This document shows, one piece after another, positions 16,818 to 26,000 of a stretch of DNA of 64,000 nt. The position numbers were made by a program, and so were the translations under genes. The notes under the pieces were generated by a model. That model was not told where the DNA came from. It was given only the letters and a program-made list of their open reading frames with translations, and searched no databases. The stretch is taken from positions 67 to 64,066 of the forward strand of contig JAQSCZ010000125.1 in the NCBI GenBank assembly GCA_029945665.1. Direction: 5' to 3'. The stretch's first letter is position 1; each line of letters begins with the position of its first letter. The DNA is from a bacterium (GTDB lineage Bacteria; Bacteroidota; Bacteroidia; NS11-12g; UBA955).

Positions 16818-17035
16818 TACATTAAAAATTACTTGCATTTTTATTTACTGTATTAATAACTAAGAATTATCCGGTACTGAGCTATAATTTTTTGGGTTTA
16901 ATTGAGTCTAATATTAATTTAGAATATATATACCTCCTGCTATCACTGACAATACAATTAGTTTTTAAATTTAAAACAATTTCATAGTATAAATTCCCAA
17001 AATTTAGCCATCTAAAACATTTTTTGTTCTTGTGT

Positions 17036-17920
17036 TTAGTAGTCGGAAATGCTACTATTATTATATAAATTATGGATATGCAAAATTAAATAGCCAAAGA
17101 GAACAGCACCCAAAATCAAAGCATTGTTAACCACACCTTCCACAGAAAAAGACAACTTTATTAAAATTGTAGAGATGACAAAGCCAGAGTTCCGAATAAT
17201 CTTATGAAATTTATCAGAGTAAAAAAAAGAGAACAAAAGCAATATCACATCTATGACAATTAAAACCATGAAGAAATCTTCGAAAAAGATATTATTAATA
17301 TTTTTAAAAGAGGTTATATTGTTCCAATGGTCTTGCACGGCGGAGATTAACCAAATACCGAAAGAGTAAAAGGCAAGGACTACTAAAAAAGGGATCAACA
17401 CGGTGGCAATGCTTTTTTTAAGTTTTATAAACTTAGTTGTTTTAAATTTTTCCCCTAGCGATTTAGGAGTTTCTTCGACCCCTTGCTTCTTTATTTTCTT
17501 ATAAAACAATTGAATTAAAAAAAACAAAATTAAGGTTGTTAATACATCGTAGGTAAACTGGAGATCATTTTCTAACCTAAACCAATTGGTGGTCATTTCG
17601 ATATTGCCAATATCTTTAAAAATCCGCCTGATAACAATCAATGTTATAATTTCGTATTGCTTGCCTATGTATATTGAAATGGACCGAGGCAAAAAAAATA
17701 CAAGTAAGAACACTTCATAAACTAGAATAAAAGAAAATGGCGTATACACTGCCGAAATAGGGCTTTTTGTAAGTTTTGAAGAAATATGTAATACATCTTG
17801 ACTTACTAAAAAAATAACAAGTAAATGCACAATGAAACTCACAATAGCTATAGAAATAATGACATGTTCTATGCGTTCTCTGAATTCTTCAGACAAGAAT
17901 TTATCAAAAACATTTTTCAT
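17036..17920 (-). CDS. Polytopic membrane protein, function unknown
   Basis: 294-aa ORF with ATG start and about 7 hydrophobic segments. I recognise no family. Confidence 0.55.
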   Translation of the reverse strand: MKNVFDKFLSEEFRERIEHVIISIAIVSFIVHLLVIFLVSQDVLHISSKLTKSPISAVYTPFSFILVYEVFLLVFFLPRSISIYIGKQYEIITLIVIRRIFKDIGNIEMTTNWFRLENDLQFTYDVLTTLILFFLIQLFYKKIKKQGVEETPKSLGEKFKTTKFIKLKKSIATVLIPFLVVLAFYSFGIWLISAVQDHWNNITSFKNINNIFFEDFFMVLIVIDVILLLFSFFYSDKFHKIIRNSGFVISTILIKLSFSVEGVVNNALILGAVLFGYLILHIHNLYNNSSISDY

Positions 17921-18288
17921 TAGCTCCGCAATTATTTGAAGGCATTAGTAAAGTTAACCAAATTGAAAGTCTTATTGTTTTGAGAATTAGAAAAAAGGGA
18001 CACAAAATCCTAAGATATAGTAAATTGAATTTTGCATTAGAACACTATTAAAAAAAGCTTTGCAAATGTTTTGACTGTTCATTTTTTATGGAGTCGACTT
18101 TGAACTATCTTAATTTTAACACAAATAGATTCTATCTATTCTATTATAGCTTATGGCACACCCAAATTCTATTAGTTTTACAAGAAACCAGCTTTTAAAA
18201 GAAAATCACAAACGTTAAACAAACACAACCTTATTCCATCACTTCGTAAAAGCTTCAACTTATTTAGATATACTTTTTGTATTTCTTT

Positions 18289-18804
18289 TTAAAAACTAAG
18301 CATCATTTGATAGTTTGGATTTGAATGATTTTCAGTAATTTTAAAATCATAGTTTCCAATGATTTTGAAACCAATTTTTTTATAAAAATTAACGGCTCTG
18401 TGATTTTCTTTCCAAACAAATAACCACATAGCAAATTGGTTGCTTTGCTTGGCTATTTTAATATTAAAATTAATAAGTTCAAGGCCCAATTTCAAATCGA
18501 AAATCTCCTTGAGCAAATAAATCCGGTCGAGCTTGGTTACATTTTTATATTGAATATCGGAATGTTCAGCGTTCAATACAATTTTAGAAAATCCAGAAGG
18601 TTGCTTATTGCAATATAGAATATGATAAATGTTACTGGAATTTTTGAGTTCTTCTTGAATGCTTAAATTATTATAATTACGCTCAATAAATGCATTCATA
18701 TCTTCCACAGAACAACTTTCCTTATGAGCTTCTGCTACCGAAATTTTACCAATCTTTACAATTGCCTTATAGTCTATCTCAGTGGCTTTTACAATTGAAA
18801 TCAT
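18289..18804 (-). CDS. GNAT-family N-acetyltransferase
   Basis: Start re-set to the ATG at 18804 (MISIVKATEIDY); the track start at 18864 is TTG. Acetyl-CoA motif region 'NHRAVNFYKKIGFKIIG'. Confidence 0.8.
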   Translation of the reverse strand: MISIVKATEIDYKAIVKIGKISVAEAHKESCSVEDMNAFIERNYNNLSIQEELKNSSNIYHILYCNKQPSGFSKIVLNAEHSDIQYKNVTKLDRIYLLKEIFDLKLGLELINFNIKIAKQSNQFAMWLFVWKENHRAVNFYKKIGFKIIGNYDFKITENHSNPNYQMMLSF

Positions 18805-18918
18805 AGAATGAGTGATTGAAAATAGTTGTTTATTATAAACGCAAATATAACGACAATCCTGCAAGTACTATCGCAATCATTAAGGTTAGAAAAATCCAGC
18901 ATATTGATTGTTTTACTG

Positions 18919-18965
18919 TTTCAAACTTGCTTTCACAAAGCAAGGCATTAATTTGCAAATAAAAA
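18919..18965. repeat. Direct repeat copy A (pairs with 25954-26000)
   Basis: TTTCAAACTTGCTTTCACAAAGCAAGGCATTAAT... About 42 of 50 positions are identical to copy B, including a 23-nt perfect run. It contains the 8-bp inverted repeat CTTGCTTT-cac-AAAGCAAG. Confidence 0.8.
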
Positions 18966-19023
18966 CAGATGTCCAATGTATTGAAAATATCCGCAAGTTG
19001 AATTTAGTTTGTATTAATTACAA

Positions 19024-21321
19024 TTAGTAATTCAGGTTAATACCAACCCCAAAGCCCATATCACTGTCGTAATGTGTCCGAATGCCTATATTTTTTCTAA
19101 TAATATACCGTAAGTCAAACATGTATTCCTTATCTGTATTAATCATAAATCCCGCTCTAATTCTTTTAGAAATGGGAATATCTTCACGCATTAGTTGAAA
19201 ACGAAAGTCGCCATTTTGAAAAACCTCTGCTTGAAAAACGACTAGCATAGGCAAGGTAGCATCAAAACCTGCGGTAAAAAGGCTACGATTATCCTTTGAA
19301 TTAAGCATTCCAAATACATTATGCTCTTGAAAATTTATTTCACCAATTTGCTGTCTATACCGCCAGTCAAAACCAACAAAAGGCATAAACCATTGCATTT
19401 TACCAAGGTATCTTCCAAAATGCGTTTCAGTTTCATAGCCCATTGTATTCATGTAGCCGAAACGCCATTCAGTGCTCAGACTCCAACGGGTATTTTGTAA
19501 CATTGCCATGCCGTCATTTCCATTGGTTGCAAAATCATTTGATGCCATAAAATGAATCTGATTGCTTTCTCTCTGCAATTTTTTATACGCCCACTTTTTA
19601 TTAGGGAGATATGGATTAACTGCTTGATTCTCGTATGAAAAAACACGGTTCATTCCTGCCATCATGTGATACAATATGTGGCAATGAAAAAACCAATCAC
19701 CTTCTAAATTGGCATTAAATTCTATGGTATCTGTTTCCATTGGCATTATATCTAAAACGTTCTTTAAAGGCGCGAACGCGCCTTGACCATTTAAAATTCG
19801 AAAATCATGACCATGCAAATGCATAGGGTGCCGCATCATCGACCCGTTGTATAAAATGATCCTAATATTTTCTCCCTTTTTAATTAGAATTTTATCAACT
19901 TCAGAAAGCACTTTATTGTCCATACTCCAGGTATACCTGTTCATATTGCCAGACAATTCAAATCTCAATTCTTTAAGTTGTGAAGCCTCAGGAAGAGTTG
20001 TGGAAGTTGTTGCTTTTAACATTGCATAATTAAGCGTAACAATGTCGGAAAGTTCGTTACTTTTGTAATTATCCTCTGTCATTTTCATCGCCTTCATCGC
20101 TTTGTCTTTCTTTTTAATTGCACCTGTTATTTCTGGATACATAACGACATTCATATCCATTTTTTGTAAAGACATATTCATCCCCATATCATCCATTGAA
20201 CCATCCATATTCATCATACCATTCATCATTTTCATGCCTTCAAAATATTTTAGTTTGGGCAAGGGGCTTGTTAATTGTTTAACGCCACTGCCCAAATACA
20301 AGGAGCTCGATCGAATGCGGTCTTCCGAGGTTGCCAAAAATTCATAGGCTGTATTTTCTGCCGGAATACTAACAATAACATCGTAAGTTTCAGAAACACC
20401 AATAATGAGTCTATCAACTTCTATAGGTTCGACATCATTCCCATCGTTAGCCACTACAGTCATTTTCCCTCCAGCATACGAAAGCCAAAAATAAGTGGAA
20501 GCGCCACCATTCGAAATTCGCAATCGAATCTTTTCGCCTGATTTGAAAATTGGCGATGAAGGTGTAAGCGCTTTAATTTGACTTTCATTACGCCCATTAA
20601 TCAACAACTTTTCGTAGTAAACATCGCTCACATCCATGGCCAACATACGTTTCCATTCATTGGTAATTTTAGTTTTGAAATGCCCTGCTTTTATAGCTTC
20701 TGTGTAGCTTTGTGTTGTTCCTTTTTTTATGGCGAACCAGTCTGAAGCATTATGCAACATGCGGTGTACATTTTCCGGTTTTAAATTTGTCCATTCACTT
20801 AATATCACTGGAATCTGAGGAATATCGTCTATGCCATTTCTAAAGGCTGGATCTTCCCTCTTCTTTAGTAAAATCAATGACCCATACATCCCTAATTGCT
20901 CTTGCAACCCCGAATGTGAATGGTACCAATGGGTACCACTTTGTTTAATAGCAAATCTATAAATCATTGTTTTATTAGGCGCTATAGGCAATTGCGTCAA
21001 AAAGGGAACACCATCTTCTTTATTTGGAAGATACAAGCCATGCCAATGCAAAGATGTTCCTTCATTCAATAAATTATGAACAACTATTTCCGCTGTATCA
21101 CCTTCAGTAAATGTAAGTGTTGGCATAGGAATTTGTCCATTTACAGCAATGGCTCTCTTTTCTTTTCCACCAAAACTCACCAAAGAATCTTTGATATAGA
21201 GCTCGTAATGAACAATTCTACCAGGACTTATCTGAAAAGATTTTGAAGACAAGCATGATGAAGTTAACAGCGCTATACCAAACAGAATAATTTTTATTTT
21301 AATTATAATTTTTATACTCAT
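19024..21321 (-). CDS. Multicopper oxidase lipoprotein (CopA/PcoA-like) with Met-rich insert and about 200-aa CopB-like C-terminal extension
   Basis: 765 aa with a lipobox (LLTSSC). Cu motifs 'LHWHGLY', 'WYHSHSG', 'HPMHLHGH' and 'HCHILYHMMAGM'. Met-rich stretch MKMMNGMMNMDGSMDDMGMNM. The tail after the last Cu motif has an alternating beta-strand pattern and ends ...GINLNY. Confidence 0.9.
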   Translation of the reverse strand: MSIKIIIKIKIILFGIALLTSSCLSSKSFQISPGRIVHYELYIKDSLVSFGGKEKRAIAVNGQIPMPTLTFTEGDTAEIVVHNLLNEGTSLHWHGLYLPNKEDGVPFLTQLPIAPNKTMIYRFAIKQSGTHWYHSHSGLQEQLGMYGSLILLKKREDPAFRNGIDDIPQIPVILSEWTNLKPENVHRMLHNASDWFAIKKGTTQSYTEAIKAGHFKTKITNEWKRMLAMDVSDVYYEKLLINGRNESQIKALTPSSPIFKSGEKIRLRISNGGASTYFWLSYAGGKMTVVANDGNDVEPIEVDRLIIGVSETYDVIVSIPAENTAYEFLATSEDRIRSSSLYLGSGVKQLTSPLPKLKYFEGMKMMNGMMNMDGSMDDMGMNMSLQKMDMNVVMYPEITGAIKKKDKAMKAMKMTEDNYKSNELSDIVTLNYAMLKATTSTTLPEASQLKELRFELSGNMNRYTWSMDNKVLSEVDKILIKKGENIRIILYNGSMMRHPMHLHGHDFRILNGQGAFAPLKNVLDIMPMETDTIEFNANLEGDWFFHCHILYHMMAGMNRVFSYENQAVNPYLPNKKWAYKKLQRESNQIHFMASNDFATNGNDGMAMLQNTRWSLSTEWRFGYMNTMGYETETHFGRYLGKMQWFMPFVGFDWRYRQQIGEINFQEHNVFGMLNSKDNRSLFTAGFDATLPMLVVFQAEVFQNGDFRFQLMREDIPISKRIRAGFMINTDKEYMFDLRYIIRKNIGIRTHYDSDMGFGVGINLNY

Positions 21322-21324
21322 TAT

Positions 21325-23811
21325 TTATAGATTCATATTTTTCAATCGCAAAGAATTTACAATAACCGAAACCGAACTAAAACTCATTGCAGCAGCGGCA
21401 ATCATTGGCGAAAGCAATAATCCAAAATAAGGATATAAAACACCCGCAGCAATTGGGATTCCAATTACATTATAGCCAAAAGCAAAGAACAAATTTTGCT
21501 TAATATTTTGCATTACTTTATGACTCAATTTTTTGGCTTTAACAATGCCTTGCAAGTCACCTTTCAGTAACGTTATTTTTGCGCTTTCAATGGCAACATC
21601 GGTACCGGTTCCCATTGCTATTCCAATGTCTGCTTGTGCCAAAGCAGGTGCATCATTAATACCATCGCCAGCCATTGCCACTATTTTACCCTTTAGTTGA
21701 AGATTTTTTATAAACTCTAATTTATCTTGCGGCAAACATTCGGCTTTGAATTGCGCAAGATTCAATTCTGAGGCCACAGCTTTTGCGGTGTTATGGTTGT
21801 CGCCGGTTAACATAATTACTTCAACCCCATCATTCATTAATTGTTGGATGGCCACTTTACTACTAACTTTAATGGCATCAGAAATAACAAGGAAGCCTTC
21901 TAATTTTCCGTTAATTGCAAAATAGGAGACTGTTTTTCCCTTTTTCTGTTCATCTGTTATTTGCAGCTTCTGAGCTTCTGTAACTGTTATTTTTTTATCT
22001 TCTAAAAGTTTATCATTCCCAATCACAATTACCTTATCAGCAACCAAGCCTGTAACTCCTTTGCCAGACAAGGCTGCAAATTCCGAGATTGGCAATATAT
22101 TCAACTCAGCTACTTTTGCTTTGTATACAATGGCTTCTGCTAATGGATGCTCGCTCTGCGAATTGATAGAAGCAGCCAACAATAGCAGTTCATTTTCTTC
22201 ATAGCTATTAAAAGAATAAATCTTTTCTAAGGATGGTTTTCCTTCAGTAATGGTTCCTGTTTTATCTGTAATCAAAACATCTATCTTATCCATTTTTTCT
22301 AAGGCTTCTGCATTTTTAATTAATACACCGTTTTGTGCACCTTTACCTACGCCTACCATTACACTCATTGGCGTTGCTAAACCTAAGGCACACGGACAGG
22401 CTATAATTAGAACAGCCAAGGCATTTACAAAAGCAAAAACATACGTTGGTTCTGGACCAAAAAACTTCCAAATAAAAAATGTAATAACAGAGGAAAGTAT
22501 AACCGTTGGCACAAAATATTTAGAAATTTTATCTGCCAATTTTTGAATCGGTGCTTTACTTCTACTGGCATCATTTACCATTTTAATTATTTGGGCAAGC
22601 AGGGTTTCGTCGCCAACTTTTTCGGCTTTCATTACAAAAGATTTGTTGCCATTAATCGTACCTGAACTTATCTTATCATCCTTACTTTTTTCTACTGGTA
22701 TCGGCTCACCAGTAATCATCGACTCGTCGATATTGCTACTGCCTTCAACAATACTTCCATCAACTGGAATTTTGTCTCCCGGTTTTACACGCAGAAGATT
22801 CCCCACCTGAATATCGTGAATAGAAATTATTTTTTCTGTGCCATTTTCAACCAAAACAGCCTCTGTTGGAGCCAATTTCAAAAGTTCTTTTATCGCTCCA
22901 CTGGTTTGGCTATGGGCTCTTGCTTCTAGCAGCTGACCTAATAAAACCAAGGTGAGTATTACTGTCACTGCCTCGAAATACAAATAAACACTCCCATCTG
23001 CATTCCTAAATTGACTTGGAAAAATAGAAGGGAAAAACAAGGCAACAATGCTAAAAAGAAATGCGGCACCTGAGCCTATTCCTATTAAACTAAACATGTT
23101 TAAGTTCCATGTTTTAAAGGATATCCAAGCTCTTTCGAAAAACATCCAACAGGCATAAAAAACAACAGGCAATGAAAGTGCAAATTGAATCCAATTTTTG
23201 AGATCCACATTCAACATTTTATTGATTGGGTTATTCGGAATCATTTCGCCCATTACCAAAATTAAAATTGGCAAAGTACAAACCACCGCTATTCTGAATT
23301 TTTTTAGCAATGTATTGTATGTCTTGTTTTCATCTGTTTGCGGCATCATTGGCACTAAATCCATTCCACAAATAGGGCAGCTTCCTGCTTTATCTGCAAC
23401 AACCTCTGGATGCATTGGACAGGTATATTTTCCTTTTTGCAAAACAATTGCTTGCGGCACCAAATCCATTCCACAAATAGGGCAGCTTCCTGCTTTATCA
23501 TATATTTTATCGCCCTCACAGTGCATCGGACAATCATATTTTTGGCTGCTATTGGGCAATGGAACAATTGTGCTTTTAGGCTTTTGCTTGAGTGTTTCTT
23601 GCAACATCCCAATGCTATATTTTCCACCATCTTTTTCCATTGCAGATTTAAAAGTGTCCAAAGAAATATGTTCATCCATTTGGATGGTCGCTGTTTTTTC
23701 TTCCAAACTAACTTCTACTTTTGCCACGCCGTGAACTTCTTTTAGTATTTTTTGAACATGTTGAAGACAGCCATTACAGCTCATTCCTCCAATTTGATAG
23801 GTATGTGTCAT
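21325..23811 (-). CDS. copA: Cu(I)-translocating P1B-type ATPase
   Basis: 828 aa. HMA 'GMSCNGC', two tandem 'CPMH...AGSCPICGMDLVP' modules, TM6 'CPC', 'DKTGT', 'GDGINDAP', and 'YN' / 'MSFSS' Cu(I) signatures. Confidence 0.95.
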   Translation of the reverse strand: MTHTYQIGGMSCNGCLQHVQKILKEVHGVAKVEVSLEEKTATIQMDEHISLDTFKSAMEKDGGKYSIGMLQETLKQKPKSTIVPLPNSSQKYDCPMHCEGDKIYDKAGSCPICGMDLVPQAIVLQKGKYTCPMHPEVVADKAGSCPICGMDLVPMMPQTDENKTYNTLLKKFRIAVVCTLPILILVMGEMIPNNPINKMLNVDLKNWIQFALSLPVVFYACWMFFERAWISFKTWNLNMFSLIGIGSGAAFLFSIVALFFPSIFPSQFRNADGSVYLYFEAVTVILTLVLLGQLLEARAHSQTSGAIKELLKLAPTEAVLVENGTEKIISIHDIQVGNLLRVKPGDKIPVDGSIVEGSSNIDESMITGEPIPVEKSKDDKISSGTINGNKSFVMKAEKVGDETLLAQIIKMVNDASRSKAPIQKLADKISKYFVPTVILSSVITFFIWKFFGPEPTYVFAFVNALAVLIIACPCALGLATPMSVMVGVGKGAQNGVLIKNAEALEKMDKIDVLITDKTGTITEGKPSLEKIYSFNSYEENELLLLAASINSQSEHPLAEAIVYKAKVAELNILPISEFAALSGKGVTGLVADKVIVIGNDKLLEDKKITVTEAQKLQITDEQKKGKTVSYFAINGKLEGFLVISDAIKVSSKVAIQQLMNDGVEVIMLTGDNHNTAKAVASELNLAQFKAECLPQDKLEFIKNLQLKGKIVAMAGDGINDAPALAQADIGIAMGTGTDVAIESAKITLLKGDLQGIVKAKKLSHKVMQNIKQNLFFAFGYNVIGIPIAAGVLYPYFGLLLSPMIAAAAMSFSSVSVIVNSLRLKNMNL
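23351..23499. repeat. Intragenic tandem duplication inside copA (44 nt, 1 mismatch, period 105 nt)
   Basis: GGCAC[T/C]AAATCCATTCCACAAATAGGGCAGCTTCCTGCTTTATC at 23351-23394 and 23456-23499. It encodes the repeated DKAGSCPICGMDLVP. Confidence 0.9.
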
Positions 23812-23835
23812 TTTAATTTTATATTTTTAAATTAT

Positions 23836-23861
23836 AAGGATAGCCTTTTACAGCTATCCTT
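23836..23861. terminator. Stem-loop AAGGATAGC-8nt-GCTATCCTT with flanking T/A runs, between the DUF3347 gene and copA
   Basis: 9-bp perfect stem located 7 nt downstream of the 23868 stop and 25 nt upstream of the copA start. Confidence 0.5.
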
Positions 23862-23867
23862 TTTTAA

Positions 23868-24731
23868 TTATTTAATGGTCTCTACTGTTTTACCACAAGT
23901 AAGCATTTGAGCACCGAAATACGGATTTTTAATTGCGTTTTCTTTACTCAACCAATTGGCGCCTTTGCCATCATTTGCCATTGGACAATGCTGATAATAC
24001 ACGGATTGTTCATATTTTGCAACCTTCATCAGGGTGTAAATATTGTCAGATAACCGTATAAAATGTTCTCTTTGATGTGATGCATCCTTCGTATTGGCCA
24101 TGTGCTCGGCATCTTCTTGCAAATCAGTCAATACTTTCATCCAAACTAGGTGTACATCCATAGAAAGCTTATCCATCTTTACGGCCTTGATAGCCGACAA
24201 AAGAGCTGTCGATTTTGCGGATGCCAATGCACCATCTGTTTTCACCAGCGCATCTTTAACTTCAAAATACTTATCAAATATGTTATTTAACTGATTTGAT
24301 TCCTCAATTTCCAAAGATGATTTTTGAATTGCTTGATTGGCTGTATCCATTTTCATTTTGGGCGCTTCTGTTTTAGCAATTGTCTTTTTTGTTCTATCGT
24401 ATTGACAGCAATTTGGAAGATTTGAGTAGGCTAAATCTGGCGACAAAAAGCTATCGCTGTCATAGCCTGCCAAAGCTATACGCTTTAAAATTTCGGCAGA
24501 ATTGGTTTGTTTAGTATCGAAAGTAAGGGTAGCCATTTTGGTATCTATATTCCATTCCACAAGTGACACTTTTTTTACGTTACCCGCCTTTTCTATGGCC
24601 TTTTTGCACATTCCGCAATTTCCATAGATTTTAATTGTATCTGTTTTGGCATTTTTAATTTGTGCATTGCACGCTGTGATTGATAGCATAATTGTTAATG
24701 CTATCAAAATTTTTGATGTTATTTTTTTCAT
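23868..24731 (-). CDS. Lipoprotein with HMA-like CxxC domain and DUF3347-like C-terminal domain (metal-handling accessory)
   Basis: 287 aa with a lipobox (SITAC). 'YGNCGMCKKAIEKA' is HMA-like. The C-terminal 'FDKYFEVKDALV...HCPMANDGKGANWLS' matches my memory of DUF3347. Confidence 0.7.
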   Translation of the reverse strand: MKKITSKILIALTIMLSITACNAQIKNAKTDTIKIYGNCGMCKKAIEKAGNVKKVSLVEWNIDTKMATLTFDTKQTNSAEILKRIALAGYDSDSFLSPDLAYSNLPNCCQYDRTKKTIAKTEAPKMKMDTANQAIQKSSLEIEESNQLNNIFDKYFEVKDALVKTDGALASAKSTALLSAIKAVKMDKLSMDVHLVWMKVLTDLQEDAEHMANTKDASHQREHFIRLSDNIYTLMKVAKYEQSVYYQHCPMANDGKGANWLSKENAIKNPYFGAQMLTCGKTVETIK

Positions 24732-24846
24732 TGTATAAATTTTTTTTAAGTGAATTTATGAACTCCACTTCATTATTAAAAACTGTTAAATTATTCAAGC
24801 AAATATTGCTTTTGTAGGGACAGACCTATGGCCTTAAAGTTAGAAA

Positions 24847-25215
24847 TTAACCTATATTTGGTGGCAACCAAATGGCGTAAAACCCTGAAGAAAGGTAGGT
24901 TTCTGAGTGAAAACTTTGCTTGTTCTGAATAGGGAAATCAAATCCCAAAATTATGTTTTCTTGAAAAACCAAAGTCATGCCACTAAAATGAAACGCAGTG
25001 CAATGGCAAGATTTGTCGCCACATTGTCCGTTGCAATCTTTTTTTTCATTGGAAAGATGGTTGTGATTTTTGCAACAATTTTTTCCTTCTACCGCTTTTG
25101 AATCTTCTTTTTGACAGCAAGACTTTACAATTGCTGAATTTGATGCAAAAGTTGTATTTGGCATCAAAAAGAAAGCAATCATAAAAAGTGTCAATATATT
25201 AAGAAACCTTCGCAT
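24847..25215 (-). CDS. Small secreted Cys/His-rich protein, putative metal-binding
   Basis: 122 aa. Signal peptide, then SCCQKED...NCCKNHNH...DCNGQCGDKSCHC. Lies at the edge of the copper module. Confidence 0.5.
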   Translation of the reverse strand: MRRFLNILTLFMIAFFLMPNTTFASNSAIVKSCCQKEDSKAVEGKNCCKNHNHLSNEKKDCNGQCGDKSCHCTAFHFSGMTLVFQENIILGFDFPIQNKQSFHSETYLSSGFYAIWLPPNIG

Positions 25216-25382
25216 TTAATTAATAATACAAATATACCATTTTAAATTTATCAGATAATCAGAAATCGTTAAAACTACAATTTGGAATGCTTTATAGTTT
25301 AAAAATGCTATCCTTTTTATAAATCACAGCGTTACTCTGTAAAAACTTGAACAATCAATTGAGTCTCACCACGGGTTCGGTA

Positions 25383-25862
25383 TCAATTCTTAATCAGTAT
25401 ATACGCATTCAACGAGGTGGCAATTAGCAACCAAAGCACATAGGGCAGAATATAAATGGATTTAATACCGAGGTTTTGCCAATACATAAATAGCAAGGCA
25501 ATAACAATTAAAGTTAGGGCAACAATGAGAACTAAACCAAACATTACATTTTGGAAATAAAAGAAGCATGGATTCCAGCCTACATTTAGTATCCATTGTA
25601 CAACAAAAAGCAGTATTAAACGATTTCTATTTGCTGCCAATGGCCATAAATAGGCCAAGTAAATACTAAAACATACCATGATAGTGGTCCATGCAAAACC
25701 GAACACCCATCCTGGCGGTGTCCAAGGCGCTTTGGCAAGGCCTGCATACCAAGCAGAAGTGACACCTTTGCCTGTAAAAAAGCCCCCAATGGCCAAGGCT
25801 GCAAAATTAATCAATATGAATAATAGTAGACGGTATATCATTTTTGTTTTAAATTTAGACAT
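25383..25862 (-). CDS. tspO: TspO/MBR-family tryptophan-rich sensory protein
   Basis: 159 aa, 5 TM. 'WYAGLAKAPWTPPGWVFGFAWTTIM' and 'LFVVQWILNVGWNPCFF'. Confidence 0.9.
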   Translation of the reverse strand: MSKFKTKMIYRLLLFILINFAALAIGGFFTGKGVTSAWYAGLAKAPWTPPGWVFGFAWTTIMVCFSIYLAYLWPLAANRNRLILLFVVQWILNVGWNPCFFYFQNVMFGLVLIVALTLIVIALLFMYWQNLGIKSIYILPYVLWLLIATSLNAYILIKN

Positions 25863-25953
25863 GTGATTTATATTTGTATGGCTTATTATTTGAAAGATAT
25901 AATTATCATTTATTTGGTTACAAAAATATTAATGATTATAATTTGTAACCTAT

Positions 25954-26000
25954 TTTCAAATTTACTTTCACAAAGCAAGGCATTAATAAGCGAATAAAAA
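25954..26000. repeat. Direct repeat copy B (pairs with 18919-18965)
   Basis: TTTCAAATTTACTTTCACAAAGCAAGGCATTAAT... A second shared block (ATTTGTATTAAT core) lies next to the stop codons at 19001-19020 and 26146-26165. Confidence 0.8.

Noticed and set aside
23198-23745. Three long ORFs (178, 106 and 111 aa) overlapping the 5' part of copA
   Set aside because: They are alternative or antisense frames of a confidently identified P-type ATPase. Their length is a by-product of the internal 44-nt duplication and codon bias.
19024-25862. Mobile genetic element call for the copper/TspO block
   Set aside because: Flanking direct repeats exist, but there is no integrase, transposase, tRNA target or terminal inverted repeat in the window. 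I keep it as a hypothesis in the findings rather than annotating it as a mobile element.
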